DNA from: an uncultured Hyphomonadaceae bacterium
GTDB taxonomy: Bacteria; Pseudomonadota; Alphaproteobacteria; Caulobacterales; Hyphomonadaceae
Length of the DNA stretch: 64,000 nucleotides
Reading direction: 5' to 3'
Assembly: GCA_913057945.1 (NCBI GenBank)
Contig: CAJXOF010000011.1
Span: 59,121-123,120, forward strand
A program made the translations under genes and the position numbers. The notes under the pieces were generated by a model. It made no database searches. It had not been told where the DNA came from and saw nothing but the letters and a program-made list of their open reading frames with translations. Shown here in pieces: positions 18,744 to 27,560 of the stretch; position 1 is the first letter of the stretch; the number at the start of each line of letters is the position of its first letter.

Positions 18744-20291
18744 ATGCCTTTGAAACTCGCCATTGTCGGACGCCCCAATGTGGGCAAGTCGACCCTGTTC
18801 AACCGCCTCGTCGGCAAGAAGATCGCGCTGGTCGATGACCAGCCGGGCGTTACGCGCGACCGGAAACAGGCGGAAGGCTATCTGGCCTCCCTGCCGCTGA
18901 TCCTGATCGACACGGCCGGGTATGAGACGTCCTATGATGACAGTCTCGAATCCCGTATGCGGCAACAGACCGAGGCCGCCATTGCCGAGGCAGAGCTGGC
19001 CCTCTTCCTGATTGATGCGCGCGTTGGCGTGACGCCGGAAGACGAGAATTTTGCCGCCCTGCTCCGCAAGGCGAACATCCCGATCGTGCTGGCGGCCAAC
19101 AAGGCCGAAGGCAAGCAGGGCACTGTCGGCGTAATGGATGCCTGGTCGCTCGGCCTCGGCGAGCCGGTCGGACTGTCCGCCGAGCATGGCGAGGGCATGG
19201 CCGAACTCTACGAAGCGATCCGGCAGGCGCTCGGCGAGGAAGCTTTTGAACTCGCCCTGCAGGTAGCCGAGCCGGACTATGATCCGCGCGCGGCCGAGGA
19301 CATTATCGAGAAGCTCGCCCATATCGATATTGACGATCTCAGCGTCTCCGATGACGATCTCGTCGCGGCCATCGAGGCCGCCGATGTGGATGTGGCGCCC
19401 GAGCCGCCAAAGGATGACAAGCCCATCAAGCTGGCCATTGTCGGCCGCCCGAATGCCGGCAAGTCCACCCTGATCAACCAGCTGCTGCAATCCGACCGCC
19501 TGCTGACAGGCCCAGAAGCCGGCATCACGCGCGACTCCATTTCCATCGACTGGGAATGGGAAGGCCGCCGCATCCGGCTCGTCGACACGGCGGGCCTGCG
19601 CCGCAGGAGCAAGGTGCAGGAGCGCCTTGAACGCATGTCGACCGGCGAGACGATCCGTTCGCTGAAATATGCCGACATCATCGCACTCGTCATGGACGCG
19701 CATGAGGCGATGGAAAAGCAGGATCTGCTGATTGCCGACCTCGCCTTGCGCGAAGGCCGCGGTGTCGTGCTGGTCATTTCCAAATGGGACACGGTGAAAA
19801 AGCCTGACGAAGCCGCCAAGCACATCCGCGACCTCGCCAATCGGCTGATGCCAAATGCGGGCGGCGCGCCGGTGGTCTTCCTGTCCGGCCTGACGGGTCG
19901 GCATACCGACAAGCTGATGCCCGCCGTCGCGAAAGTCTATCAGGACTGGACCGCACGGGTGAAGACCGGCGACCTCAATCGCTGGCTGCGCCACACGGTC
20001 GAGCGCCACCCGCCGCCAAGCGTTCAGGGCAAGCGCATCAAGCCGCGCTACATGGCCCAGATGAAGGCGCGCCCGCCAACCTTCGTGCTGATCGCCTCGC
20101 GCGGTGACCAGATGCCGGAGACCTACAAGCGGTATCTGATCAACAATCTGCGCGATGCGTTCGACATGCACGGCGTGCCGATTCGCCTGTTCGTCCGGCA
20201 GGGCAAGAACCCCTATGCCGACAAGGCCGATGGCGCCCGCAAGCCGCACGGCAAAGGCCCCTACAAGGGCAAGCCGAACAAGAAGGGCTAG
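18744..20291 (+). CDS. der: Ribosome biogenesis GTPase Der (EngA)
   Basis: Two G domains (GRPNVGKS/DTAG/NKAE; GRPNAGKS/DTAG/SKWD) and a KH-like C-terminus. Confidence 0.96.
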   Translation: MPLKLAIVGRPNVGKSTLFNRLVGKKIALVDDQPGVTRDRKQAEGYLASLPLILIDTAGYETSYDDSLESRMRQQTEAAIAEAELALFLIDARVGVTPEDENFAALLRKANIPIVLAANKAEGKQGTVGVMDAWSLGLGEPVGLSAEHGEGMAELYEAIRQALGEEAFELALQVAEPDYDPRAAEDIIEKLAHIDIDDLSVSDDDLVAAIEAADVDVAPEPPKDDKPIKLAIVGRPNAGKSTLINQLLQSDRLLTGPEAGITRDSISIDWEWEGRRIRLVDTAGLRRRSKVQERLERMSTGETIRSLKYADIIALVMDAHEAMEKQDLLIADLALREGRGVVLVISKWDTVKKPDEAAKHIRDLANRLMPNAGGAPVVFLSGLTGRHTDKLMPAVAKVYQDWTARVKTGDLNRWLRHTVERHPPPSVQGKRIKPRYMAQMKARPPTFVLIASRGDQMPETYKRYLINNLRDAFDMHGVPIRLFVRQGKNPYADKADGARKPHGKGPYKGKPNKKG

Positions 20292-20369
20292 CGCAGTCCA
20301 CACACATCCGTGACTGGAAACGCGCCTGCGCGCCCCCTAGGGTCGGGCGCAGTCAATACGGAGATCGAC

Positions 20370-21434
20370 ATGAACCAGATGCAGGATGTGGTGAAGACCT
20401 ATTACGGGGAAACCCTGACCAGCTCGTCCGATCTCAAGACCGACGCCTGCACGACGGAGTCCCGCCCGCCAGCCCATGTCTCTGCCGCCCTTGCCGCCGT
20501 GCATGATGACGTGGCCGCGAAATATTATGGCTGCGGCCTTGCCATTCCGGCCGCGCTGGAAGGCCTGAAAGTCCTGGACCTCGGCAGCGGCGCCGGACGC
20601 GATGTGTTCGCCCTTGCCAAGCTGGTTGGTCCGACCGGCCACGTCACCGGTGTCGACATGACGGATGAGCAGCTGGACGTCGCCCGCGCACACGAGGCCT
20701 GGCATGCCGAGCAATTTGGCTATGACACGCCCAATACGCGCTTTGTGAAAGGCGAACTGGAGAAGCTCGGCGAGCTTGATCTTGAGCCCAATTCCTTTGA
20801 CCTCATCATTTCAAACTGTGTCATCAATCTCTGCACGGACAAGCCGGAAGTCTTCCGGCAGGCCCACCGCCTGTTGAAGCCCGGCGGGGAACTCTATTTC
20901 TCGGACGTCTATGCCGACCGGCGCATTCCGCAGGAGCTGATCGACGATCCCATCCTCTATGGCGAATGCCTGTCGGGCGCCCTCTACTGGAACGATTATG
21001 AAGCCATCGCGATGGCGGCGGGCTTTGCCGATCCGCGCGTGGTCAGCCATCGCCGCCTTGCCATCATCGACCCGAACCTGAAGGCCAAGGTCGAGCCAAT
21101 CCGCTTTGCCTCGGTCACCGCGCGCCTGATGAAGCTGGGCGGGCTGGAGACGGCTTGCGAGGATTATGGCCAGGCCGTCATTTATAAGGGCGGTGTCGAA
21201 GGCATGGAGCGCGTCTTCATTCTGGATGCGGAGCATGAGATTGAAGCCGGCCGGGTCTTCCCGGTCTGCGGCAACACGCTCGCCATGCTGATGGAGACAC
21301 GCTTTGCGCCCTTCTTCGATGTGGTCGGCGATGGCAAGACCCATTTCGGCGTCTTTCCCGGCTGCGCTGCGCCGGACGTGTTCACAGAGACGCAGGACGC
21401 CAGCGGCCCCGCGCCGGTGGGTGGCTGCTGCTAG
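20370..21434 (+). CDS. Arsenite methyltransferase-like SAM-dependent methyltransferase (ArsM/AS3MT family)
   Basis: YYG…LKTDAC, YYGCG, VLDLGSGAGRD, SNCVINL, GECLSGALYW; ends in GGCC. Confidence 0.8.
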   Translation: MNQMQDVVKTYYGETLTSSSDLKTDACTTESRPPAHVSAALAAVHDDVAAKYYGCGLAIPAALEGLKVLDLGSGAGRDVFALAKLVGPTGHVTGVDMTDEQLDVARAHEAWHAEQFGYDTPNTRFVKGELEKLGELDLEPNSFDLIISNCVINLCTDKPEVFRQAHRLLKPGGELYFSDVYADRRIPQELIDDPILYGECLSGALYWNDYEAIAMAAGFADPRVVSHRRLAIIDPNLKAKVEPIRFASVTARLMKLGGLETACEDYGQAVIYKGGVEGMERVFILDAEHEIEAGRVFPVCGNTLAMLMETRFAPFFDVVGDGKTHFGVFPGCAAPDVFTETQDASGPAPVGGCC

Positions 21435-21440
21435 CGCGCC

Positions 21441-21875
21441 CTAGTCCGTCGGATCGACATTGCCGCGCAGAGATTTGATCTCGCCCCGGCGCTTCTTGGT
21501 CGCGATCCGGCGCTTCACGCTGCCATAGGTCGGCTTGGTCTTGATGCGCCGCTTCGGCTTGCGGCTCGCCCGCAGGATCATGTCTGCAAGGCGCTTGCGC
21601 GCGGCCTCCCGGTTCAGGGCCTGGCTGCGATGCTCGGACGCCTCCAGCATCAGGCGGCCATCCTTGGTGATCCGGTTGGCATAGAGCTTGGCGAAGCGCG
21701 CCTTCACGTCCGGCGGCAGGGAAGAGGCCTCGACATGCCAGGTCAGCTGCACGGCAGTCGACACCTTGTTCACATTCTGCCCGCCCGGCCCGGACGCGCG
21801 CACGAATGCTTCTGACACTTCCCAGGCGGGCAATGTCAGCTCGTCATTGATACGGATGTCCCCGAACTCAGCCAT
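21441..21875 (-). CDS. arfB: Alternative ribosome-rescue peptidyl-tRNA hydrolase ArfB
   Basis: ASGPGGQNVNKVSTAV, RSQALNRE, basic tail RIKTKPT…KKRRGEIKSLR. Confidence 0.95.
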   Translation of the reverse strand: MAEFGDIRINDELTLPAWEVSEAFVRASGPGGQNVNKVSTAVQLTWHVEASSLPPDVKARFAKLYANRITKDGRLMLEASEHRSQALNREAARKRLADMILRASRKPKRRIKTKPTYGSVKRRIATKKRRGEIKSLRGNVDPTD

Positions 21876-22015
21876 GGAGTTTCCTTAACACGGCGTTCAG
21901 CGAGAGTTCAGCCCCGCAAGACTAGCGTCACTGTCATAAGCCCGCACTCTGCGGGATCTGGTTTCGCCCATGCGGATGCGTCCGTCTGGGCCCCAAGTCG
22001 GAGGCTTTGCCCGCC

Positions 22016-22618
22016 ATGAACCTGTTCAAGACCCTTACCACCCTGATCGCCAGTACGGCCACGCTCGGCCTCTTGGCTGCTCCCGCCGCCTATGCGGAAC
22101 GGGGGCGCGGCGATCACAATCGCAGCGGCGGCTACCATGATGGCGGCCAGCGAGGCGGAGACCGTGACCACAGAGACCGTGGACGCCGCGATAATGATCA
22201 TCGCGGCGACTACAATCGTGGCAATCGCGGCTACAACAAAGGTCATTCCAATAATCGCAACTACAATAGTGGCCATCATGCCCAGAGGCCTCATTACCGA
22301 CCGGCGCCGCGCCCTGTTTACCGCGCTCCGCCGCGCGCCCATCGTTACTATGCGCCGCCGCGGCACAATTATGTCCGCTACAGCCGCGCCTACGGCCCCT
22401 ATTATCGCCAGGGCTATGTCCCGCCCTACCATGTGGGCGGCTGGTATCGGCCGCATCACCAGACGGTCTACATCACGAATTACTCCACCTATGGCCTCTA
22501 CGCCCCGCCGCCCGGACATTACTGGGTCCGCGACCATCATAGCGGTGACGCCATCCTGGCATCAGTCGCAACCGGCGCAATCATCGGATTGGTCGTCGGT
22601 GCCCTCGCCTACGACTAG
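22016..22618 (+). CDS. RcnB family periplasmic protein
   Basis: Signal peptide, R/D/H/Y-rich low-complexity region, YGLYAPPPGHYWVR…DAILASVATGAI. Confidence 0.85.
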   Translation: MNLFKTLTTLIASTATLGLLAAPAAYAERGRGDHNRSGGYHDGGQRGGDRDHRDRGRRDNDHRGDYNRGNRGYNKGHSNNRNYNSGHHAQRPHYRPAPRPVYRAPPRAHRYYAPPRHNYVRYSRAYGPYYRQGYVPPYHVGGWYRPHHQTVYITNYSTYGLYAPPPGHYWVRDHHSGDAILASVATGAIIGLVVGALAYD

Positions 22619-22643
22619 TCTGGCCCAAAATCAGAAAACAGAG

Positions 22644-22673
22644 AGCGCCCGGCCCCGTCGTCCGGGCGTTTTT
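22644..22673 (+). terminator. Intrinsic terminator after the RcnB gene
   Basis: GCGCCCGG-N9-CCGGGCGT followed by a T-run. Confidence 0.65.
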
Positions 22674-22809
22674 CATGCGTCATGAAAATGTCGTTCAAAA
22701 AAGCCCTGAAGTTAACTTTGTAATGGCGCAAATCATGCTTAACTCTGATTCGTCCGGGATGGTTCTGGACAAAGTCCGTGCCTGTTGCACGCTTGAAAGG
22801 AGGTGATTC

Positions 22810-22890
22810 ATGTCGAGTGAGAAAACCAGAGGGATCAACAAGTTTATATCCTGTGGTGCCCGGCCGGAGCAGCCTCCTGTCGGCGCATAG
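22810..22890 (+). CDS. Putative small ORF, 26 aa (MSSEKTRGINKFISCGARPEQPPVGA)
   Basis: Preceded by GAAAGGAGGTGAT (extended complement of the 16S 3' end) at canonical spacing; followed by a terminator. Below the ORF-track cutoff. Confidence 0.5.
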   Translation: MSSEKTRGINKFISCGARPEQPPVGA

Positions 22891-22948
22891 AGATATTTGA
22901 AGGCACGCTGAAACGCTGCCAGACTTTGTTGGGTCCCGAGGACTCACG

Positions 22949-22977
22949 GAAGCCGCCCCAGAGGGCGGCTTCTTTGT
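22949..22977 (+). terminator. Intrinsic terminator upstream of kdsA
   Basis: GAAGCCGCCC-CAGA-GGGCGGCTTC then TTTGT. Confidence 0.75.
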
Positions 22978-23062
22978 ATTCGGAGACAGCCTGAACGGAC
23001 CGGGTTACCTTTTGCGCGAAACAGCGTTATTTGCTGGCGAACGCGAAAACGGAGTGATCCCC

Positions 23063-23911
23063 ATGAACACGCTGACCCACAAGACATCCGGCTGGACTAT
23101 CGGCGCAGGCAAGCCGCTTTCAGTGATTGCCGGCCTCAACGTGCTGGAAGATGAAGGCCTCGCAATGGAGGTCGGCAGCGAACTGAAACGCATCTGCGAA
23201 CAATTGGGCCTGCCCTATGTGTTCAAGGCGAGCTTCGACAAGGCGAACCGCTCCTCGATCAAGTCCTTTCGCGGCCCCGGCCTCGAAGACGGCCTGAAAC
23301 TGCTCACGAGCGTCAAGGCCAAGCTGGGCGTGCCGATCTGTACCGATTTGCATGAAGCCGACCAGGCCGAAGCCGTCGCAGACGTGGCCGACATCGTCCA
23401 GATCCCGGCCTTCCTGTGCCGCCAGACCGACCTCGTCGTCGCCACCGCCAAGGCCACCGCAGCCGCTGGCGGCATCATCCAGGTCAAGAAAGCCCAATTC
23501 ATCGCGCCGTGGGATACCAAGAACATTGTTTCCAAGATTGGTGAAGCCGCAGATGTCGGCGTGATCCTGTGCGAGCGCGGCTCCAGCTTCGGGTACAACA
23601 ATCTGGTCGTCGACATGCTGGGCATTCCGGAAATGCAGAAACTCGGCTGCCCGGTCACCATCGACGCGACCCATGCCGTCCAGCTGCCGGGCGCAGACCC
23701 ACGCACGGGCGGCGCGTCCACGGGCGGTCGCCGCGAGGGCGTGGCCATCATTGCAAAGTCCGCGATTGCTGCCGGCGCGGATGGGGTCTTCCTCGAATTC
23801 CACACCGATCCGGACAAGGCGCTGTGTGACGGACCGAGCTGTCTGCCGCTTTCCTCGGCCGAGGGCCTGCTGAGCACGCTGAAATCACTGCATGAGGTCG
23901 TGAACGCGTGA
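23063..23911 (+). CDS. kdsA: 3-deoxy-8-phosphooctulonate (Kdo8P) synthase
   Basis: FKASFDKANRSS, QIPAFLCRQT, VKKAQF, ERGSSFGY, DATHAVQ, CDGP. ATG 23063 follows GGAG. Confidence 0.95.
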   Translation: MNTLTHKTSGWTIGAGKPLSVIAGLNVLEDEGLAMEVGSELKRICEQLGLPYVFKASFDKANRSSIKSFRGPGLEDGLKLLTSVKAKLGVPICTDLHEADQAEAVADVADIVQIPAFLCRQTDLVVATAKATAAAGGIIQVKKAQFIAPWDTKNIVSKIGEAADVGVILCERGSSFGYNNLVVDMLGIPEMQKLGCPVTIDATHAVQLPGADPRTGGASTGGRREGVAIIAKSAIAAGADGVFLEFHTDPDKALCDGPSCLPLSSAEGLLSTLKSLHEVVNA

Positions 23912-24378
23912 TCCGGGAGGGTATGGCATCAGACCGGGAGGCCCTTGCCAGCATCCTCTACCGTGCCAGCCGGGACGTGTTCCCGCTGGCCGGCATCGAG
24001 CGCGTTGATGTGGCCGAGTTCGACCGCCAGACCGAAGGCGAGAGCATTCTGATTGCTGAAAAGGACGATCGCCCGGTCGGCTTTTCCAGCGTCTGGGATC
24101 CGGACCATTTCCTGCACCACTTCTTCATCGACCCCGATTATCAAGGCAACGGCATTGGCCGGTCGCTGATGGTGGCCACCATGATGCGCTATGGCAGTGC
24201 CCTGTCGCTGAAGTGCAATACATCCAACACCACGGCCCGGACCTTCTATCAGGCGATGGGCTGGATCGAGACCAATGAGCCGGGTGGCACCAGCGAAGGC
24301 ATCGGCGACTGGATCTGGATCCGGACCCCTGCCGCCGCATCGGCGCTCGGCCTGTTACCGGAAGACCCCACCGAATGA
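23908..24378 (+). CDS. GNAT family N-acetyltransferase
   Basis: [12 protein letters not shown] acetyl-CoA motif, [17 protein letters not shown] overlap with kdsA. Confidence 0.88.
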   Translation: MIREGMASDREALASILYRASRDVFPLAGIERVDVAEFDRQTEGESILIAEKDDRPVGFSSVWDPDHFLHHFFIDPDYQGNGIGRSLMVATMMRYGSALSLKCNTSNTTARTFYQAMGWIETNEPGGTSEGIGDWIWIRTPAAASALGLLPEDPTE

Positions 24379-24929
24379 CCCGCCTCGTCGCCTTCAACAA
24401 ACCGTTCAATGTCCTGTCCCAGTTTACCGACAAGAGCACGCTGGCGAGTTCGCGCGAAACGCTGTCGGATTATATGGACATCCCGCGTGTCTATCCCGCT
24501 GGCCGGCTTGACCGGGACAGCGAAGGCCTGCTGCTGCTGACCGATGACGGAAAGCTGCAGGCGCGAATCTCCGACCCGAAGGCCAAGATGGCCAAGATCT
24601 ACTGGGCCCAGATCGAGGGCATCCCGGACGAGACAGCACTGCAGGCCCTCCGCTCGGGCGTAGACCTGAATGATGGGCGCACCGCCCCGGCCAAGGCGCG
24701 CGTGATGGATGAGCCCGGCGATCTCTGGCCCCGCGACCCGCCGATCCGGTTTCGCAAATCCGTGCCGGACAGCTGGATCGAGCTGACTATTATTGAGGGC
24801 CGCAACCGCCAGGTCCGCCGCATGACGGCCGCAGTGGGGCATCCCACGCTGCGCCTCATCCGGGCCCGGATCGGCGACTGGACGCTTGATGGCCTAGCCC
24901 CCGGCGAGTGGCGCGACATCAAGGGCTGA
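24375..24929 (+). CDS. rluE: rRNA pseudouridine synthase (RluE/RsuA family)
   Basis: [49 protein letters not shown]. Confidence 0.85.
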   Translation: MTRLVAFNKPFNVLSQFTDKSTLASSRETLSDYMDIPRVYPAGRLDRDSEGLLLLTDDGKLQARISDPKAKMAKIYWAQIEGIPDETALQALRSGVDLNDGRTAPAKARVMDEPGDLWPRDPPIRFRKSVPDSWIELTIIEGRNRQVRRMTAAVGHPTLRLIRARIGDWTLDGLAPGEWRDIKG

Positions 24930-25005
24930 CCCCTAACCCTTCACAGGCCACGTAACACAGATTAGCAAACGGCACTCCACAGGCCCGGTCGCGACCGGAT
25001 GAAAC

Positions 25006-26265
25006 ATGGAGCGCCGCATGGCCCTGACGCAATCATCGAACTGGCTTGACCAGAACGCCCCCGACTGGGCGCGCGAGTCCGCAACCTTCATTGGCAATAT
25101 CTGGAATGATGGGGCGTATGGGCTGACTTATGGCGAGATCACCATTGCTGTGGTGATTATCATGATCGCCCTGATGATACGCGGCCTGTTCGCGCGGCTG
25201 GTCGTTAAGACCATCATGCGCCTCGCTTCCGGCACCAAGTCCGGTTTCGACGACGCGCTGGTCCGGTCCATCGCGACGCCCCTCAAGATTGTCCCGGTCA
25301 TCATCGGTATCTATATCGCGCTGCAGGTCACCAATATTTCCGGCGAGGCAGAAGTCTACGCGACCCGCATCCTGCGCTCGATCATCACGCTCGCCGTGTT
25401 CTGGACGCTCTCGCGCGCTGTGCATGCCTTTGAATACCTGTTCGCGGGCCTGAGAGACGCCCTGTCGCCCGCCGCCGTCGACTGGATGGTCAAGGCACTG
25501 CAGATCATCCTCATCATGTTGGGCCTCGGCGCTGTAGCAGAGCAATGGGGCATTCAGATTGCGCCCTTGCTGGCTGGCCTGGGCGTGCTCGGCATTGCCG
25601 TCGGCCTCGGCGCGCAGGATTTGTTCAAGAACCTCATCTCCGGCCTGCTGATCATATCCGAGAAGCGCTTCGTTCCCGGCGAATGGGTCAAGGCGGACGG
25701 CGTCGTCGAGGGCACGGTTGAGAAGATCAATTTCCGCTCGACTCTGATCCGCCGGTTCGACAAGAGCCCGGTCTATGTTCCCAATAGCGCGCTGTCAGAT
25801 GCAGCCGTGACCAATTTCTCCCGCATGACACACCGGCGCATCAAATGGGTGGTGGGCGTGGAATACCGCACGACCGTGGATCAATTGAAATACATCCGCG
25901 ACGAAATCGAGGCCTGGCTCTGGAATGATGACCGGTTCGCCAAACCGCCGGAAGCCGCGCTGTTTGTGCGGGTCGACAGTTTCAATGCCAGCTCCATCGA
26001 CTTCCTGATCTATACATTCACCCACACCAAGAATTGGGGAGAATGGCTGGCGATCAAGGAAGAGTTTGCCGTCGCCGTGATGGATATCATCGAGACGGCT
26101 GGCACTGGCTTTGCGTTTCCCAGCCGGACGATCTACCTGCAGGAAACCGACCCACCGGAAATCATGGCCCCGCCGGCGCGCAGCGAAGGCGTTGCCCGCG
26201 CGCAGGCCGCCAAGGAAGGCACGCTCCAGGTCGGCGGGATTGGCGAAGCGAGCGACGACGGCTGA
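25006..26265 (+). CDS. MscS family mechanosensitive channel
   Basis: AGLGVLGIAVGLGAQD…NLISG, GTVEKINFRST, VPNS, FAFPS. Confidence 0.92.
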   Translation: MERRMALTQSSNWLDQNAPDWARESATFIGNIWNDGAYGLTYGEITIAVVIIMIALMIRGLFARLVVKTIMRLASGTKSGFDDALVRSIATPLKIVPVIIGIYIALQVTNISGEAEVYATRILRSIITLAVFWTLSRAVHAFEYLFAGLRDALSPAAVDWMVKALQIILIMLGLGAVAEQWGIQIAPLLAGLGVLGIAVGLGAQDLFKNLISGLLIISEKRFVPGEWVKADGVVEGTVEKINFRSTLIRRFDKSPVYVPNSALSDAAVTNFSRMTHRRIKWVVGVEYRTTVDQLKYIRDEIEAWLWNDDRFAKPPEAALFVRVDSFNASSIDFLIYTFTHTKNWGEWLAIKEEFAVAVMDIIETAGTGFAFPSRTIYLQETDPPEIMAPPARSEGVARAQAAKEGTLQVGGIGEASDDG

Positions 26266-26276
26266 TCAGGCCGCGC

Positions 26277-27479
26277 CTATGTCACCCACACGCCCGGTGC
26301 ATTGGTGCGATAGCCAAGCGCGCGGTAGGTCGCATCAATCAGGCTTTGCGCGCGGTCATTGACGAGAATGCCGCTGCCCATCTGGTTCATCGTGTAACTG
26401 AACGCCAGGCCGACCTCCGGGTCGGCGAAACCGATGGAGCCGCCCGCGCCGACATGGCCGAAGGCCTGCTCGCCCATGATGACGCTGGTGCCAGGCCCGA
26501 CATTCAGCCCGCGATTGTCCATGGACTTCATGAAGCCCGGCCCGAACCGGGTCGGAACCAGGAGGGTGGCATCGCGCTGCGTCGCCGTCGTCACCATACT
26601 CATGGCCTTCAGGCGATCAGACGAGACGAGTGTGCCATCATTGAGCGCGAGCGGCGTGTACATCGCCACCTGTCCGCGCGCATTCGACAGGCCGCCTCCG
26701 CCGCCGATCTCGGCCGCTTGCGAGGCGCGATTGTTGAAGTCCCAGCCGCCATTGTTCATGAAGCTCTTGTGCTGGATCGAGTCCGGATCGGTCATCAGCT
26801 TGATGGCGAACTCGGTCGGCACATCGTCCGGCTTCGGCGCATATGGAATGATTGGCGCGATGTGGACATCTTCCGTTTCCGGCAGGCCGAGCCAGAAGCG
26901 CGCGCCCGTCTTGTCGGCCACTTCCTCACGGAAGAATGTGCCGAGCGACTTGCCGGATACGCGGCGCACCAGCTCACCGACCGTCCAGCCGAAATTGATC
27001 ATGTGATAGCCATTGCGGGTGCCCGGCTCCCAGAAGGCTTCCTCATCTTCCATCCGCCGGATCATGTAGTCCCAGTCCTCGAACCCGCCGGCCCGGACCG
27101 GATCGCGCAGCGTCGGCAGTGCGCTTTCATGGTTCAGCATCATGCGGACGGTCGTTTTCTCTTTCCCGTTCTTCGCAAATTCCGGCCAGTATTCCGCGAC
27201 CAGCGCTTCGGGGTTCAGCTCTCCCCGGTCGATCAGGATATGGGCGCACAGCGCGGTCGCCGCCTTGGAACAGGAAAAGACGATGGAAATCGTATCCTCA
27301 CGCCAGGCATCGCCTGTTTCGGGATTGGCCATGCCGCCCCAGAGATCAACCTGCGTCTCGCCGTTCACCGACAGGCAAACCGATGCGCCAACTTCACCGC
27401 GCTCCGCGAAATTTCGTTCGAATTCTTCCTTCACGGCGGCGAATTTTGACTCGCACGCCCCGCCTATGGTTCCCGACAT
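26277..27479 (-). CDS. Serine hydrolase (beta-lactamase/EstA family)
   Basis: FSCSK (SxxK), WEPGTRNGYH, FGHVGAGGS…FADP; start at ATG 27479. Confidence 0.9.
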   Translation of the reverse strand: MSGTIGGACESKFAAVKEEFERNFAERGEVGASVCLSVNGETQVDLWGGMANPETGDAWREDTISIVFSCSKAATALCAHILIDRGELNPEALVAEYWPEFAKNGKEKTTVRMMLNHESALPTLRDPVRAGGFEDWDYMIRRMEDEEAFWEPGTRNGYHMINFGWTVGELVRRVSGKSLGTFFREEVADKTGARFWLGLPETEDVHIAPIIPYAPKPDDVPTEFAIKLMTDPDSIQHKSFMNNGGWDFNNRASQAAEIGGGGGLSNARGQVAMYTPLALNDGTLVSSDRLKAMSMVTTATQRDATLLVPTRFGPGFMKSMDNRGLNVGPGTSVIMGEQAFGHVGAGGSIGFADPEVGLAFSYTMNQMGSGILVNDRAQSLIDATYRALGYRTNAPGVWVT

Positions 27480-27560
27480 GTATTCCCTCCCGAGGATTTT
27501 ATCGGGCCATTGTGCTGAGCCCTCCCCACGGGAAGGCAAGCCCGTTTCGGGACCGCGGGG

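Noticed and set aside
18516-20303. 595-aa minus-strand ORF, and similar long ORFs at 9619-10965, 15145-16542, 26034-27449, 28717-29850, 35851-36990, 37200-38348 and 61464-62573
   Set aside because: All lie antisense to clearly identified genes and have shadow-like composition.
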